DNA of 64,000 bases from Eledone cirrhosa (lineage: Eukaryota): positions 125,240,001 to 125,304,000 of the forward strand of contig OZ024741.1 in the NCBI GenBank assembly GCA_964016885.1. Direction: 5' to 3'. The notes below the pieces were generated by a model. It saw only the letters and a program-made list of their open reading frames with translations. It did no database searches and was not told the DNA's origin. Position 1 is the first letter of the stretch. Each line of letters starts with the position of its first letter. The translations under genes were made by a program, and so were the position numbers. This document shows positions 53,691 to 64,000 of the stretch, piece after piece.

Positions 53691-54176
53691 TCCGCGTGTA
53701 TTACTCCTCTCTCAGCATTGATTTTTTTTTCTCTGTCACTCTGCAGTTCCTGTGACACAACCATAATATTATGACCCTATTATAATATCATTAAAACAAA
53801 TAGTTTTGAAAAGCAAGCTAAATACTCTACCACAAATATGACATTCACATGTTATGTAATATGACTGATGTTACAGTAGAAAATATTCGATCTATTTTCC
53901 ATATATTTCGATAGTTGGAAATATAATTGATGTTATCAGTTGTATAAATATTGATGATGACCAGACAGAGATTTATTATTTTATCCTTGTTTTCTTCTTT
54001 TTATCTTTTTTTTAATTCAACTTAAGATTAAAACATCCATTTGTTACTTTGAAGTAGCATTAGTATAAATCTTTCAATCTATTTGGCAATCAGTGAATAT
54101 CAGCTTCGTGTATGTAATATTTCTTGGAAAATTATTAAAATGATGCAAAAGCAGAAATGTTATCTATTAAAAATAA

Positions 54177-54394
54177 TTGTTTCTGGCTCAGGCACAAAGG
54201 CCGGCAATTTGAAGAGAAGGTGAAGTTGATTAAATCAACTCAAATGTGTTGCTGGTACTCTATTCTATCAGCCCTGTATCGTTAAAAGCCAAAGTTAACC
54301 TCGGCGGAATTTGAACTCAGAACGTAAAGGGCTGTAACTACATGCTGCAAAGCATGCTGTCCGATGCTCTGCCGGTACTGCCAGTCCAGCGCCC
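54177..54394 (-). mobile_element. SINE family A
   Basis: Family motifs. Confidence 0.8.
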
Positions 54395-54754
54395 TGGTTT
54401 ATCTATTAATATTAATATTGTTTCTAGCATTTAGTCTATCTTTGTCCGTAAACCTTGGAACGCTAAACGTGTTATCAGTGAATACCTGTCTACAAAGTTA
54501 ATTGTTGAACAGAAGTATACAAGGATGAAAGTACGAACAAGAGAAATGAGAAGTAACAAGGGGAAGGGAAATAAACTCTACACTCTGTGATGAAAGGTAT
54601 ATTTCAGCTACGCCCTGCGAACGAGATGGTGAAAGCATTGCCGCAACTAACAGCACTAGTTGCACCAGTCGTTCCATTAGATAACGAACTGGTGCACACA
54701 AACATACATAGACGTTCATCTCTCTATACATGTGATATATATATATATATACAT

Positions 54755-54841
<87 letters not shown>

Positions 54842-54979
54842 GGAGTGCGCGTGTGTGTGTATGTGTGTGTGTATGGGTGTATTTATGTATGTTTCATTAA
54901 TCATCATCATCATTTTGCTTCCAACTTCCATGCTGCCATGGGTTGTATATATATATAGGGGGTGCGTGTGTGTGCGTAG

Positions 54980-55190
54980 ATCTACAGCTGGAAAATGAGA
55001 TCATCTACGAAAATGACAAATCATATATGGAACTGGGAAGAGAGAGGATACACCACAGCATAAAATGGAGTATACAGGAAAATTCCAAACTATACATCAA
55101 CGGATCTAAGAGACGACACGGACTATGCACCAGTGAAAATATCAGAATTATCCAGGGATTAACATATCTAGTAAGTATCGCAACTCTAGA
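54980..55190 (+). mobile_element. Degraded PLE GIY-YIG C-terminal fragment
   Basis: SIKWSIQENSKLYINGSKRRHGLCTSE parallels YKISWSKLSVARPYSNGMSHCGLCNLE of the 62-63 kb element. Confidence 0.5.
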
Positions 55191-55749
55191 AGCGAGATCT
55201 TCACTACTTACATTTCACAAAATAGTTTGCTCTCTTCAATAATTGCGAAGACTTTCTCAATTGTTCTGTGCTTGTTCTTGAGCGCTAAGGCATTAAGTTT
55301 GCTATTCTTATACGTAAGTTTGTTGAATAAGTTCGATACTCTTCGAGCTCAAACTTCCCCGGCTTATTCACTCTGAATGAAGAAAGCTGGGTGCAAGAAG
55401 GACTTATGACTTAAACAGCTATTGATAGTTTAGTTCCACACAAAATATTGATCTGCCACACCTAGCAAAAGTTGCTATTGAAAATCCAGTATGGGCACCC
55501 AGGGTTGCTAGCATTTTCAGGCGCACTCTGAACCCCATCTTTCCCAGGTATTACCGGGTACTGCAGCAAGTATATATATATATATATTTGAAATATGTAT
55601 AATAAAATATATACTTTGGTTATGATATTTCTCATTTATTAATATTTTGAATAATACTATAGATACTCCAGATAAATGTTTGTCGAGTGCTTCTAATCTA
55701 TTGTAAAATTGAATTCGTTGAATAATCAACGAACCATATGAACTTTCGG

Positions 55750-56558
55750 TTATATATATAACTGAGGATGTGTATGTGTTTATGTCCGTTCCCACATAAC
55801 TTCTACAGTTTGCAACCGATTTTCTTCAAATTTAGAACAAACATGCATTATGTTCCCAGAAGTGTTCTGGACTCATCACAGTTTCAAGTTTTTATCAAGT
55901 TTTTGCCTAGGTAGACGAGGGCTGTTTCTGGATCACCATGACAATCACGTCACATGTGCGAAACTTAAATAATTGTTGGCTAACATTTTACTCATCTTAG
56001 TGTGTTACGTCCTCTTTCCTTAGATAATGCCTCCAAGGAAGAGATCCGCCATTGGTCGAAAAACGGCGAAAGCTGAGAGAGGGAAAATTAGACGATCGCA
56101 AGATGCTGAACGTAAAGCTACTGCAAGAGCGTTAGAAAACTACGAGCAGCATTGTTTTTAAGACATAAGTTACTTATGAACTCCGGGTGGTCATGGGCAC
56201 TTTCCAGATATTGATTATAGGACCCCGCGGGGGCAGATAACCCCCTTTACCTGCTTCCTTGGAGTCGACTGAAGCACTGCAGTGCAATGCAACAAAATGT
56301 CATAACTTCTGGAGTTCGCAACCGATTTTCACCAAACTTGACACATGGGCTATGTATGTTCTACAGATGAATTTGAACACTGGTTTGGCACATATTGAGC
56401 ACATATTGAGTAGGGAATCCCGCGGGGCAGGAACCCCCTTTTGGAAACAGCCGATGATTTTGTATAAGTATAGTTTTCGAAGCAGCACTGAAGTATTGAC
56501 ATGAGTGCTATACATGACTGCTATTTAATACCCGAGCAACGCCGGGTACCTCTGCTAG
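55750..56558 (+). mobile_element. Non-autonomous Helitron
   Basis: 3' hairpin CCCGAGCAACGCCGGG followed by CTAG|T at 56555-56558; 5' TATATATAACTGAGGATGTGTATG; internal AACCGATTTTC motifs similar to 37736. Confidence 0.7.
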
Positions 56559-56591
56559 TACTATTTATATACGTATATAAGCATATATGTG

Positions 56592-56662
<71 letters not shown>

Positions 56663-57659
56663 ACATTTCAATAATATACACACACACATATATATATGTG
56701 TGTGTGTGTGTGTTATTGAAATGTTAAACCATCGTCAGGCATGACCGATTCGTATCTCCATTTAACAGGTACAAAGTAGAAACTAACCCAATATTTTGAA
56801 TCATAATATAAAGGAACGTGACTAAATACCGTAATGTATTTTGTCCAACGATTTACCGATTTTACTAGTTCATCGATCCTAGCATTGTTGAATATTTCGA
56901 TGTCCCTGGGGAGATTAGAAAACCACAACTATAAACATTGTCTCTTTGTGATGAACAGATCCAGATTTATTTTCTATTTTTCTTGTTTATTTTCGTTGGT
57001 GATGTTCGTCGAACGAGGAAACCGACTTCCTCTAATTAACTCAATGTATAAGCGAAATTAAGTTAACTAATTAGTAACAGTGATTTAGCAGTCATGTGGA
57101 AATCAACTACAATTATAAAGAAGATCTTTCTGCACTCAGTCAGAATCAATATAGTTAGAAAATATAATATATAGTTGGTTCATATAGAATATATATTTTC
57201 TTAAACAAGCTATTTTTAGAATCGATTAGCGATAGGAAGTATGAATTTGAAAGAAGCTTTAACGTTGTTTGACTATGAAATAGTATTATACGTTGAGCAT
57301 ATAAACCCTAAGGACGGAAAATATTTGTACAGCACCGCCCGACTTCGGGGTTTATGAGCCCAACTACTTTTTATTGTCAATCAACGTTGATACATTTTTT
57401 AATGATATTTGGTAGGCTTGGGGGACATGACTGTGCACATTGCCTTCACAGGCTCTCCAAGACCGGCGAAATTGTGAGCCGTTGGTGTTCTACTTAAAAT
57501 ATTATAAGTGATACCTGTAAGAAAAAACTTAATCAGGGAGTTTATTCGAATATTTTTCGAGTTTATTCGAATCGAATATTATTCTTAATATTCGAAAATC
57601 TCAGATTATATTTAATGTATTCAGCCATGTAGAACGATAATTCTTTTTTATTATATATA

Positions 57660-58140
57660 CGAGTCGTCTCCCTGATTATCGACCAGCAGTGAGTGAGCCC
57701 GAAGGAAGTGTGCTCCAATGATAGGTTGATAGGCATCAGCGACGGTGAATGTCCATGTATATTACTGTGTGCCTCTGTGGAGGGAGAGAGTACGGTATCT
57801 GTACGCTTTGATTGTAGAATCATTGGCAGCTACCACTGACTCCCTCTCTATAACGGAGGTCGTTTGCAGATGCCGGGATGACACTGACTTCTACTTCTGT
57901 GTCGATTAAGAATCTGACTGGAGATCTGAACATAGACATATAGGACAGTTGATCATGTTTGCCGACCACCATGGTGTTTATTGGTGGTTGGTCCTAGAGT
58001 TTCTCCCGGAGTCGATGATGAAGAGCTATTGAAGTTACATGGTTACTTGGTATCTTTTGCTTCAAATTTCTTGTGAAAGAAACACATATCACTTTACGTG
58101 ACCTCATTGTCTTGTGGTTGACCTCGTGGTGTTGATTCTC
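57660..58140 (-). mobile_element. Gypsy-type LTR retrotransposon gag-protease remnant
   Basis: Minus strand CFFHKKF..PCNF gag knuckle-like segment; RFLIDTEVEVSVIP ... QPIIGAHFL degenerate aspartic protease. Confidence 0.65.
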
Positions 58141-58389
58141 CCTCATTACACCCTTCTCCGCCTCTTTCCCACACTTTCACACTTCGTATCCTTCTTTACC
58201 CCTCTTCCCTATTTTTCCCCATTTTTTAACATCTCTTTCCCTATTTCTTTAGCCTGTCTTCCTTCCTCTTTTCCATCCTTCTTTCCCTTGATGCCCCCCC
58301 CCCTCTTCCACTTCTGTCTCTTCCAACCCATTCTTTCCCTACCCCCCTTTACTCCATTTCCTACCCTCTTTCTCCCTTTCTTGATTTCA

Positions 58390-59010
58390 CCCACCACTTT
58401 ACCTATCATTTTACCCACCATTTTACCCACAATAATTAGTTTTACTCACCATTTTACCCACAATAATCCTTTTTTTCATTTGGTGGGGGGTCCGTTTTGT
58501 ATTGGGGGGAGAGTCCGTTTTTTATTTGGAGGGAGACCGTTTTTTATTTGGGGGAGATCCGTTTTTTTATTTGGAGGGGGTCCGTTTTTTATTTGGGGGG
58601 TCTGTTTTTTAATTGGGGGGTCCGTTTTTTATTATGGGGGGTTCGTTTTTTATTTGGGGGATCCGTTTTTTGTTTGGGGGGAGGGCCGTTTTTAATTTGG
58701 GGGAGAGCCGTTTCTTACTTGGGGGGGTCTGTTTTTTATTTGGGGAGGATCCGTTTTTTATTTGGGGTAGATCCGTTTTTTATTTGAGGAAGATCCGTTT
58801 TTTCATTTGGGGGCGATCCGTTTTATATTTGGGAAAGATCCGTTTTTTACCCACAATTTTACCTACCATTTTACCCACAATATCATTTTACCCACAATTT
58901 TACCCACAATAATCCTTTTACCCACTACTTTACACACAATAATTATTTTACCTACCACTTTACCCACAATAATCATTTTACTCACCATTTTACCTACCAC
59001 TACCCACAAC
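58390..59010. repeat. Composite repeat: TTTTACCCAC-type units flanking ~21-bp GGGGGATCCGTTTTTTATTT units
   Basis: Direct reading. Confidence 0.85.
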
Positions 59011-59224
59011 AATTATTTATTATGTGACCAGCGATTCTTTACTGAGACATTCTAATCACATGCTCATAATATCGGAGTTGTGATCTCTCAATTCGGAGAA
59101 GTAGCGGCTCTACCAGGAGTGACTCTCTGGTCTCTGAGTTATGCACTTTATCGAGTAACGTTACTCCAAAGACCCTTCGGAGGGATCCCATTTCTGCCGC
59201 TTTTATTTGCAATTATATTCTTTT

Positions 59225-59465
59225 GGTCATTACTCAAGATTCATGATCCTCGGTAAGAGTTGGCAGGAATACCATGAAGACAGCGAGTTTGGCTTTTACA
59301 CTTACCTCCCTTCATCTGATTGCTAAATGCTGAGGCTGGCGCATTACTGCATCAGCTTTTGCAATTCTTGCACTTAATTCAGCCTCCTGCATTCCATCAC
59401 TCATGAACACGGCTCCAAGATACTTGAACTTCTTACTTAGTAGAACTCCATTCACATGGATATAA
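59225..59465 (-). mobile_element. RTE-clade RT thumb fragment
   Basis: Minus strand FKYLGAVFMSDGMQEAELSARIAKA. Confidence 0.65.
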
Positions 59466-59639
59466 ATCTGTCCACCCGTCCATCACGCAATGTGTATGTG
59501 TGTTTGTGCGAATGTATGTGTGTGTAAAAGAAATGTATGTCTCTAACTTAAAAACAGTGACACACACACACGTGTCTCTAATTTAAGAACGCCGACAAAC
59601 TCACGCGCGCGCACATACACACACTGTCCTATTACCACT

Positions 59640-59910
59640 GAAGAACTTTGGCCCGTGCAAACATCCCCTCAATTTTGGAACCGTCTGGGTTGTCCTGAAT
59701 TGATGGGAAAAGACCTGACGGTTTTGCTCTGCGCTCCTGGTCAAGAGGTAGGTGTCTTACCTGGGACGTCACAGTTAGTGATTCTTTTGCTTCTTCCCAC
59801 ATTCTGGATGCAGCGGTAAGGGCGAGAGGTACAGCATCTGCAGCTGAACGGAACAAAATCCTAAAATACCATGTTCTGTCAGCTAACTACATTATCCGTT
59901 CTGTAACCAT
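59640..59910 (+). mobile_element. CRE-clade restriction-like endonuclease fragment
   Basis: IPSILEPSGLS*IDGKRPDG...W..GRCLTWDVTVSD...AAERNKILKY. Confidence 0.75.
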
Positions 59911-61184
59911 TATATTAAATGAGTTTTTAAGTACCAGTAATACACTGGTAATTGCTGGCCTTGTGCCTAAACTAGAAACAATTATATTAAATGAGTTTAA
60001 AAAAAAAAAAAAACGTTATACTTGTTTTACCCTCCCATTTCCAATTAAATCGAACGCTGCTATCATCACTATGTGTATGTTTGTGTAAATGTATGTGTGA
60101 ATGTATCTATGTTTGTGTCAAAGTATGTGTGAATGTATGTATATTTGTGTGAAAGTATGTGTGAATGTATGTATGTTTGTGCAAATGTATGTGTGAAAGT
60201 ACAAATACAAGGCAAAATTAATAACTCATATTGATACCCTGTAATTAACAAGCTCAAAGTATAAATATTGAGAATTATATAATAATATATGTATGTAGTA
60301 ATAAACACAGTAAATCGTGTGTCTAAAATTACGATGATTGAAATATCACGTTGGTTTGACAAATTAAACCTGAAGCAAACGGAAATACAGAAAATATAGT
60401 GACCGTCTCAATAACTACTACATCTCCCGGTCAGATTAGAGATTTAATCTGTTTCGCCCTGAGAATTGTGTTTGTAACAGATAATCCGCGGGCATCATCA
60501 GCGAGAGAATTCGATTAAATGTGACCAACACCTAAAGCTACAAAGCCACACGAATGAACATTTCACCTCATGCGCTAGAAGTCAAAAGTGGTGTGGGTAG
60601 ATAGGCTAGAAACAATAGCCTTAATACACCCATCTTATAAGCTCACCTAGTTAGGGAGCCGAAATACAAATAAAAGGTAGAGTTAATAAGTCATATTGAT
60701 ACCCTGTAAATAACAAGCTCAAAGTATAAATACTGAGCATTATATAATAATATATTTAGTAATAAACACAGTAAATCGTGTGTCTAAAATTACGAGGGCT
60801 GAAATACCATGTGTGAAAGTATGTGTATGTGTGTGTGAATGTATGTGTATTTGTGTGAAAGTATGTGTATCTGTGTGAATTATGTCCGTGAGGGTGTATT
60901 TTTATAAGTTTGTGTTTGCGCGATTATAGTTATATACTCATAATAGTTATATACTCATACATATAGATGTATGCATGTGCACACTCATACGTGTCAGCGT
61001 GAAGAAAATCATAATCTCTCTATCTCTCTCATCACACACTCTCTCTTTCTATATATATGGTAGTTGAAGTGGTGGTGGTGACGATATACCCGAAGTGCAA
61101 CTTTCAAAAGAAGTCAATTTCAAATTATTTATGTTTACGAAATTTAGTACATATTATGTAATATTCATTCATTATTTATTCAAA

Positions 61185-61372
61185 GGGGCGGTGGATTGGC
61201 AGTATCGGAAGAGGGCCGGACGCCATGCTTTGACGTATAGAGTTACGGCCCTTGCCATTCTGAGTTCAAATCCCGCCGAGGTTAACATTGCCTTTCATCC
61301 TTACGGAGTCGATAAAATAAAGTACCAGTAATGCACTGGGTAATTGCTGGTCTTGTGCCAAACGTAGAAACA
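61185..61372 (+). mobile_element. SINE family A
   Basis: Well-preserved A/B boxes, body and tail; an opposite-strand copy lies at 61540-61712. Confidence 0.88.
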
Positions 61373-61467
61373 ATTATTTATTCAAAGTAATCCAACTTAT
61401 TTTACTAACTGGATTAAAAGAAATAAACCATACGCAGTCCCGCAGACCTTCCTTTATTATAGTTAAG

Positions 61468-61502
<35 letters not shown>

Positions 61503-61515
61503 ATAAATGTAATCT

Positions 61516-62109
61516 GAGTTTTTCGAATATTAATAATAATTGTTTCTACTTTTGGCACAAGGCCAGAAATTACCCAGTACATTACTGGTACTTTTATTTT
61601 ATCGACCCCTTAAGGATGAATGGCAAAGTTAACCTCCGCGGGATTTGAACTCAGATCGTAAAGGGACGTAACTACGCTGGAAAGCATGTCTGACCCTCTA
61701 CCGATACTGCAAATTCAAATATTCGATTGCAATTATGAAAACAGGCCTCATTTTTAAAGCTGTTTCAGTATAATGAGCCCTTCATTCTTGCTCTTATGTT
61801 GGCATGTAAACAGAACTGCAGACACTAATGTTTATGGGTATCACTGTTCACCTGCCAATGACTTTTAAAATGAGGCTTGTTTGCATAATTGCAAAATAGC
61901 ATATATTTTCACTAGCTCTGACAGTTGGCAAGTGAACAGTGAGCTGTACTGATGAAGGGTGATACCCTGGAACATTAGTGTCTGCCGTTCTGTTTACATG
62001 CCAACATAAGAGCAAGAATGAAGCGCTCATTCTACTGACATGGCTTTAAAAATGAGGCTTGTTTGCATAATTGCAAACGAATCGAATATTATTATTAATA
62101 TTCGAAAAA

Positions 62110-62113
<4 letters not shown>
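61516..62113. repeat. Diverged inverted repeat in (TA)n (61516-61858 / 61925-62113), left arm interrupted by a SINE
   Basis: Arm comparison; right arm holds the hammerhead, left arm lacks CTGATGA. Confidence 0.8.
61944..61987 (+). ncRNA. Type I hammerhead-like motif with GGAA in place of GAAA
   Basis: CTGTA-CTGATGA-AGGGT gat ACCCT-GGAA-CA ttag TG-TC-TGCCG; GUC triplet. Confidence 0.6.
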
Positions 62114-62147
<34 letters not shown>

Positions 62148-62148
<1 letters not shown>

Positions 62149-63516
62149 CCTCCGGGGAGGAATTTACAGAGACGATACACTCCTTTTGGCCAAAAACTTA
62201 AATAATCAAAATATGGAAAAATTACGAAAAAACATTAGAGTATTCTTCAACAAACTAGGCCTAGGTATCACCTTCGAACTTAACTCTAAAAAAGCAAATT
62301 TCTTAGATGTAACACTCAACCTAAACACAGGATTAATAGAGCCCTTCTATAAGAATAACGAGAATCTAGCCTACATTAATTATAACTCAAACCACCCCCG
62401 ATCCATAATTAACTCCATAGCACATAGTATATCCCTCAGAATATCCCACCTATCTTCGATCTAGAAATTTTTAACGAACACGCAAACTATTATAACATAG
62501 CTTTACATAAGGTTGGACATAAGAAGCTGGAATACATACTAAATAGAGACAGCAACAACAAACCTAACGACAACAACACTACCCACTCATACAGAAGTAA
62601 CAAACATAGAACTAAGCATAGAATTAGACAACGAGCACCAAAAATAACTGAACCGAACACTAATATAAGGACCAAAAAAAACTATAGAAGATCCAGAGAT
62701 AGAAAATACCTATGGTTCAATCCAATATTCAATTCCTCTATAAAAACTAAGCTACCTTCTACATTCTTTAAACTAATAGACAACCACTTCCCTACACTAC
62801 AGAAATACCATAGAATTTTTAATAGAAAAACTATAAAACTATCCTACTCTACTGCAGCCAGCATAGAATCACACATACGTAAAATCAACCACAAAAATAT
62901 CTCTAAAGAAATTAACTTACCAACATACACCATAGCACCAAATACAAAACGACGCAAACACATAACACCATCCCAACCACAAATACATCAGAGCGCATCA
63001 CAACAAAACACTAATAGGCATAAATCACAACCCACCCACAACTTACAAAACTGCAACGGAGAACCTGCACACAGAAAAACCTCAAATTGTAATTGCCACC
63101 TACCGGATAAGTGCCCACTACAAAACAGATGCCTGGATTCGAGTATGGTGTACCTGTGTACTGTAAATTCAGGCAACTCTACTTGGTACTACATAGGTTC
63201 CACGGCTGAGAGTTCAAGAAAAGGTGGTACGTCCACAGATACTCCATGAAGAACCGTAGACTGGTGAACCGTAGACGACACGCTCGCCAATAAAATCTGG
63301 CTGCTTAAAAACAAAAACCTAGAATATAAGATTAGCTGGTCAAAATTATCGGTAGCAAGGCCCTACAGCAATGGAATGTCCCACTGTGGACTTTGTAATT
63401 TAGAACTACTCCATATTTTAAGGTACGATGGGATGCTACTTAACAGTAAAATAGAAAGATCAATTTTCTGTAGGCATAAAATAGCTACCAGATTCACTAA
63501 CTTCAAACCACGATGA
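62148..63516 (+). pseudogene. 5'-truncated Penelope-like element (Naiad-like): RT C-terminus plus GIY-YIG
   Basis: YRDD, NFLDVTLNL, SNHP, WFNP, LSYS, CNCHLPDKCPL (CxCx5C), VYLC...YYIGST, CGLC, FCRHK; frameshifts; starts at (TA)n; clade label is from recalled motifs. Confidence 0.85.
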
Positions 63517-64000
63517 TTTGAACCAGCAATCCCAAAATTAGAACTGAACCACCTAGATTTTAGCATATAGAATACACACCATCACACTGCTATTAGCTGT
63601 CAAACGGCCAACTGGTCACTGGATCATAAATTTCTTAACATCTCTTTCACCCTCTTTCCCTGAAACAGCATCAACCCCATTAAGATAGAAAAATCAGCAA
63701 AACATTTACAACACACGTTTGTCAAACTTCCCTTCACAATCCACCCCTAGCCCTTAAATCTCATACTTGTATCCCCCAATTAATCTCTAATTTATTGCTT
63801 TTCTTTTTTCTTTTATCTGTCACTACATCAGAATCTCTACACGTATCTAGTTTTCCATGTTAGCACTAAACCCACCAAAGAATCCTTATAAGAACACTTA
63901 CTCACCACCACCACAAACATACTCTGTACTTACATGCTCTCACCTATCCTTATTTATTTCTTTATATTTTCCATTTTCTTATTTTCTTACTTTTTTAATG

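Noticed and set aside
55543-55570. Helitron-like 3' hairpin ending CAAG
   Set aside because: Terminal CTAG is mutated and no matching 5' end was found
56720-56910. CTGACGA and a distant GAAA on the minus strand
   Set aside because: Flanks do not pair as stems I-III
61185-61280. tRNA gene
   Set aside because: A and B boxes belong to SINE heads; no cloverleaf
63080-63516. Possible selenocysteine (UGA) recoding, known in some Naiad-type PLEs
   Set aside because: The conserved cysteines are all TGT or TGC; the TGA at 63514 fits a normal stop

Overview
Gene-free, AT-rich, microsatellite-saturated eukaryotic DNA. The tRNA-derived SINEs and dense (TA)n/(CA)n/(GA)n tracts suggest a coleoid cephalopod such as Octopus (inference). 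No host exon is recognisable and almost all short ORFs are microsatellite artefacts. The real coding sequence is all disabled transposon: a near full-length Neptune-type Penelope-like element (PLE) with ~0.8 kb inverted repeats (5.7-10.7 kb), a Tx1/L1-type LINE with a 16-bp target-site duplication (32.4-36.4 kb), a RepHel Helitron nested between the ends of a non-autonomous Helitron (37.7-44.0 kb), a second PLE of another clade (62.1-63.5 kb), and CRE, RTE and Gypsy fragments. There is also a ~4 kb 25-26 bp minisatellite and about 20 SINE copies (clearest ones listed). The main hidden signal is non-coding. Many short, often palindromic islands inside (TA)n tracts carry hammerhead ribozyme (HHR) motifs, at about ten distinct loci. 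One subfamily has a conserved C-C mismatch in stem II. Two diverged paralogous ~520-bp elements (17.5-18.7 kb) carry a covarying RNA fold in which the three hammerhead core strands occur in an order that matches none of the known circular permutations (types I/II/III). All structures were paired by eye; activity and novelty are untested, and some boundaries are approximate.
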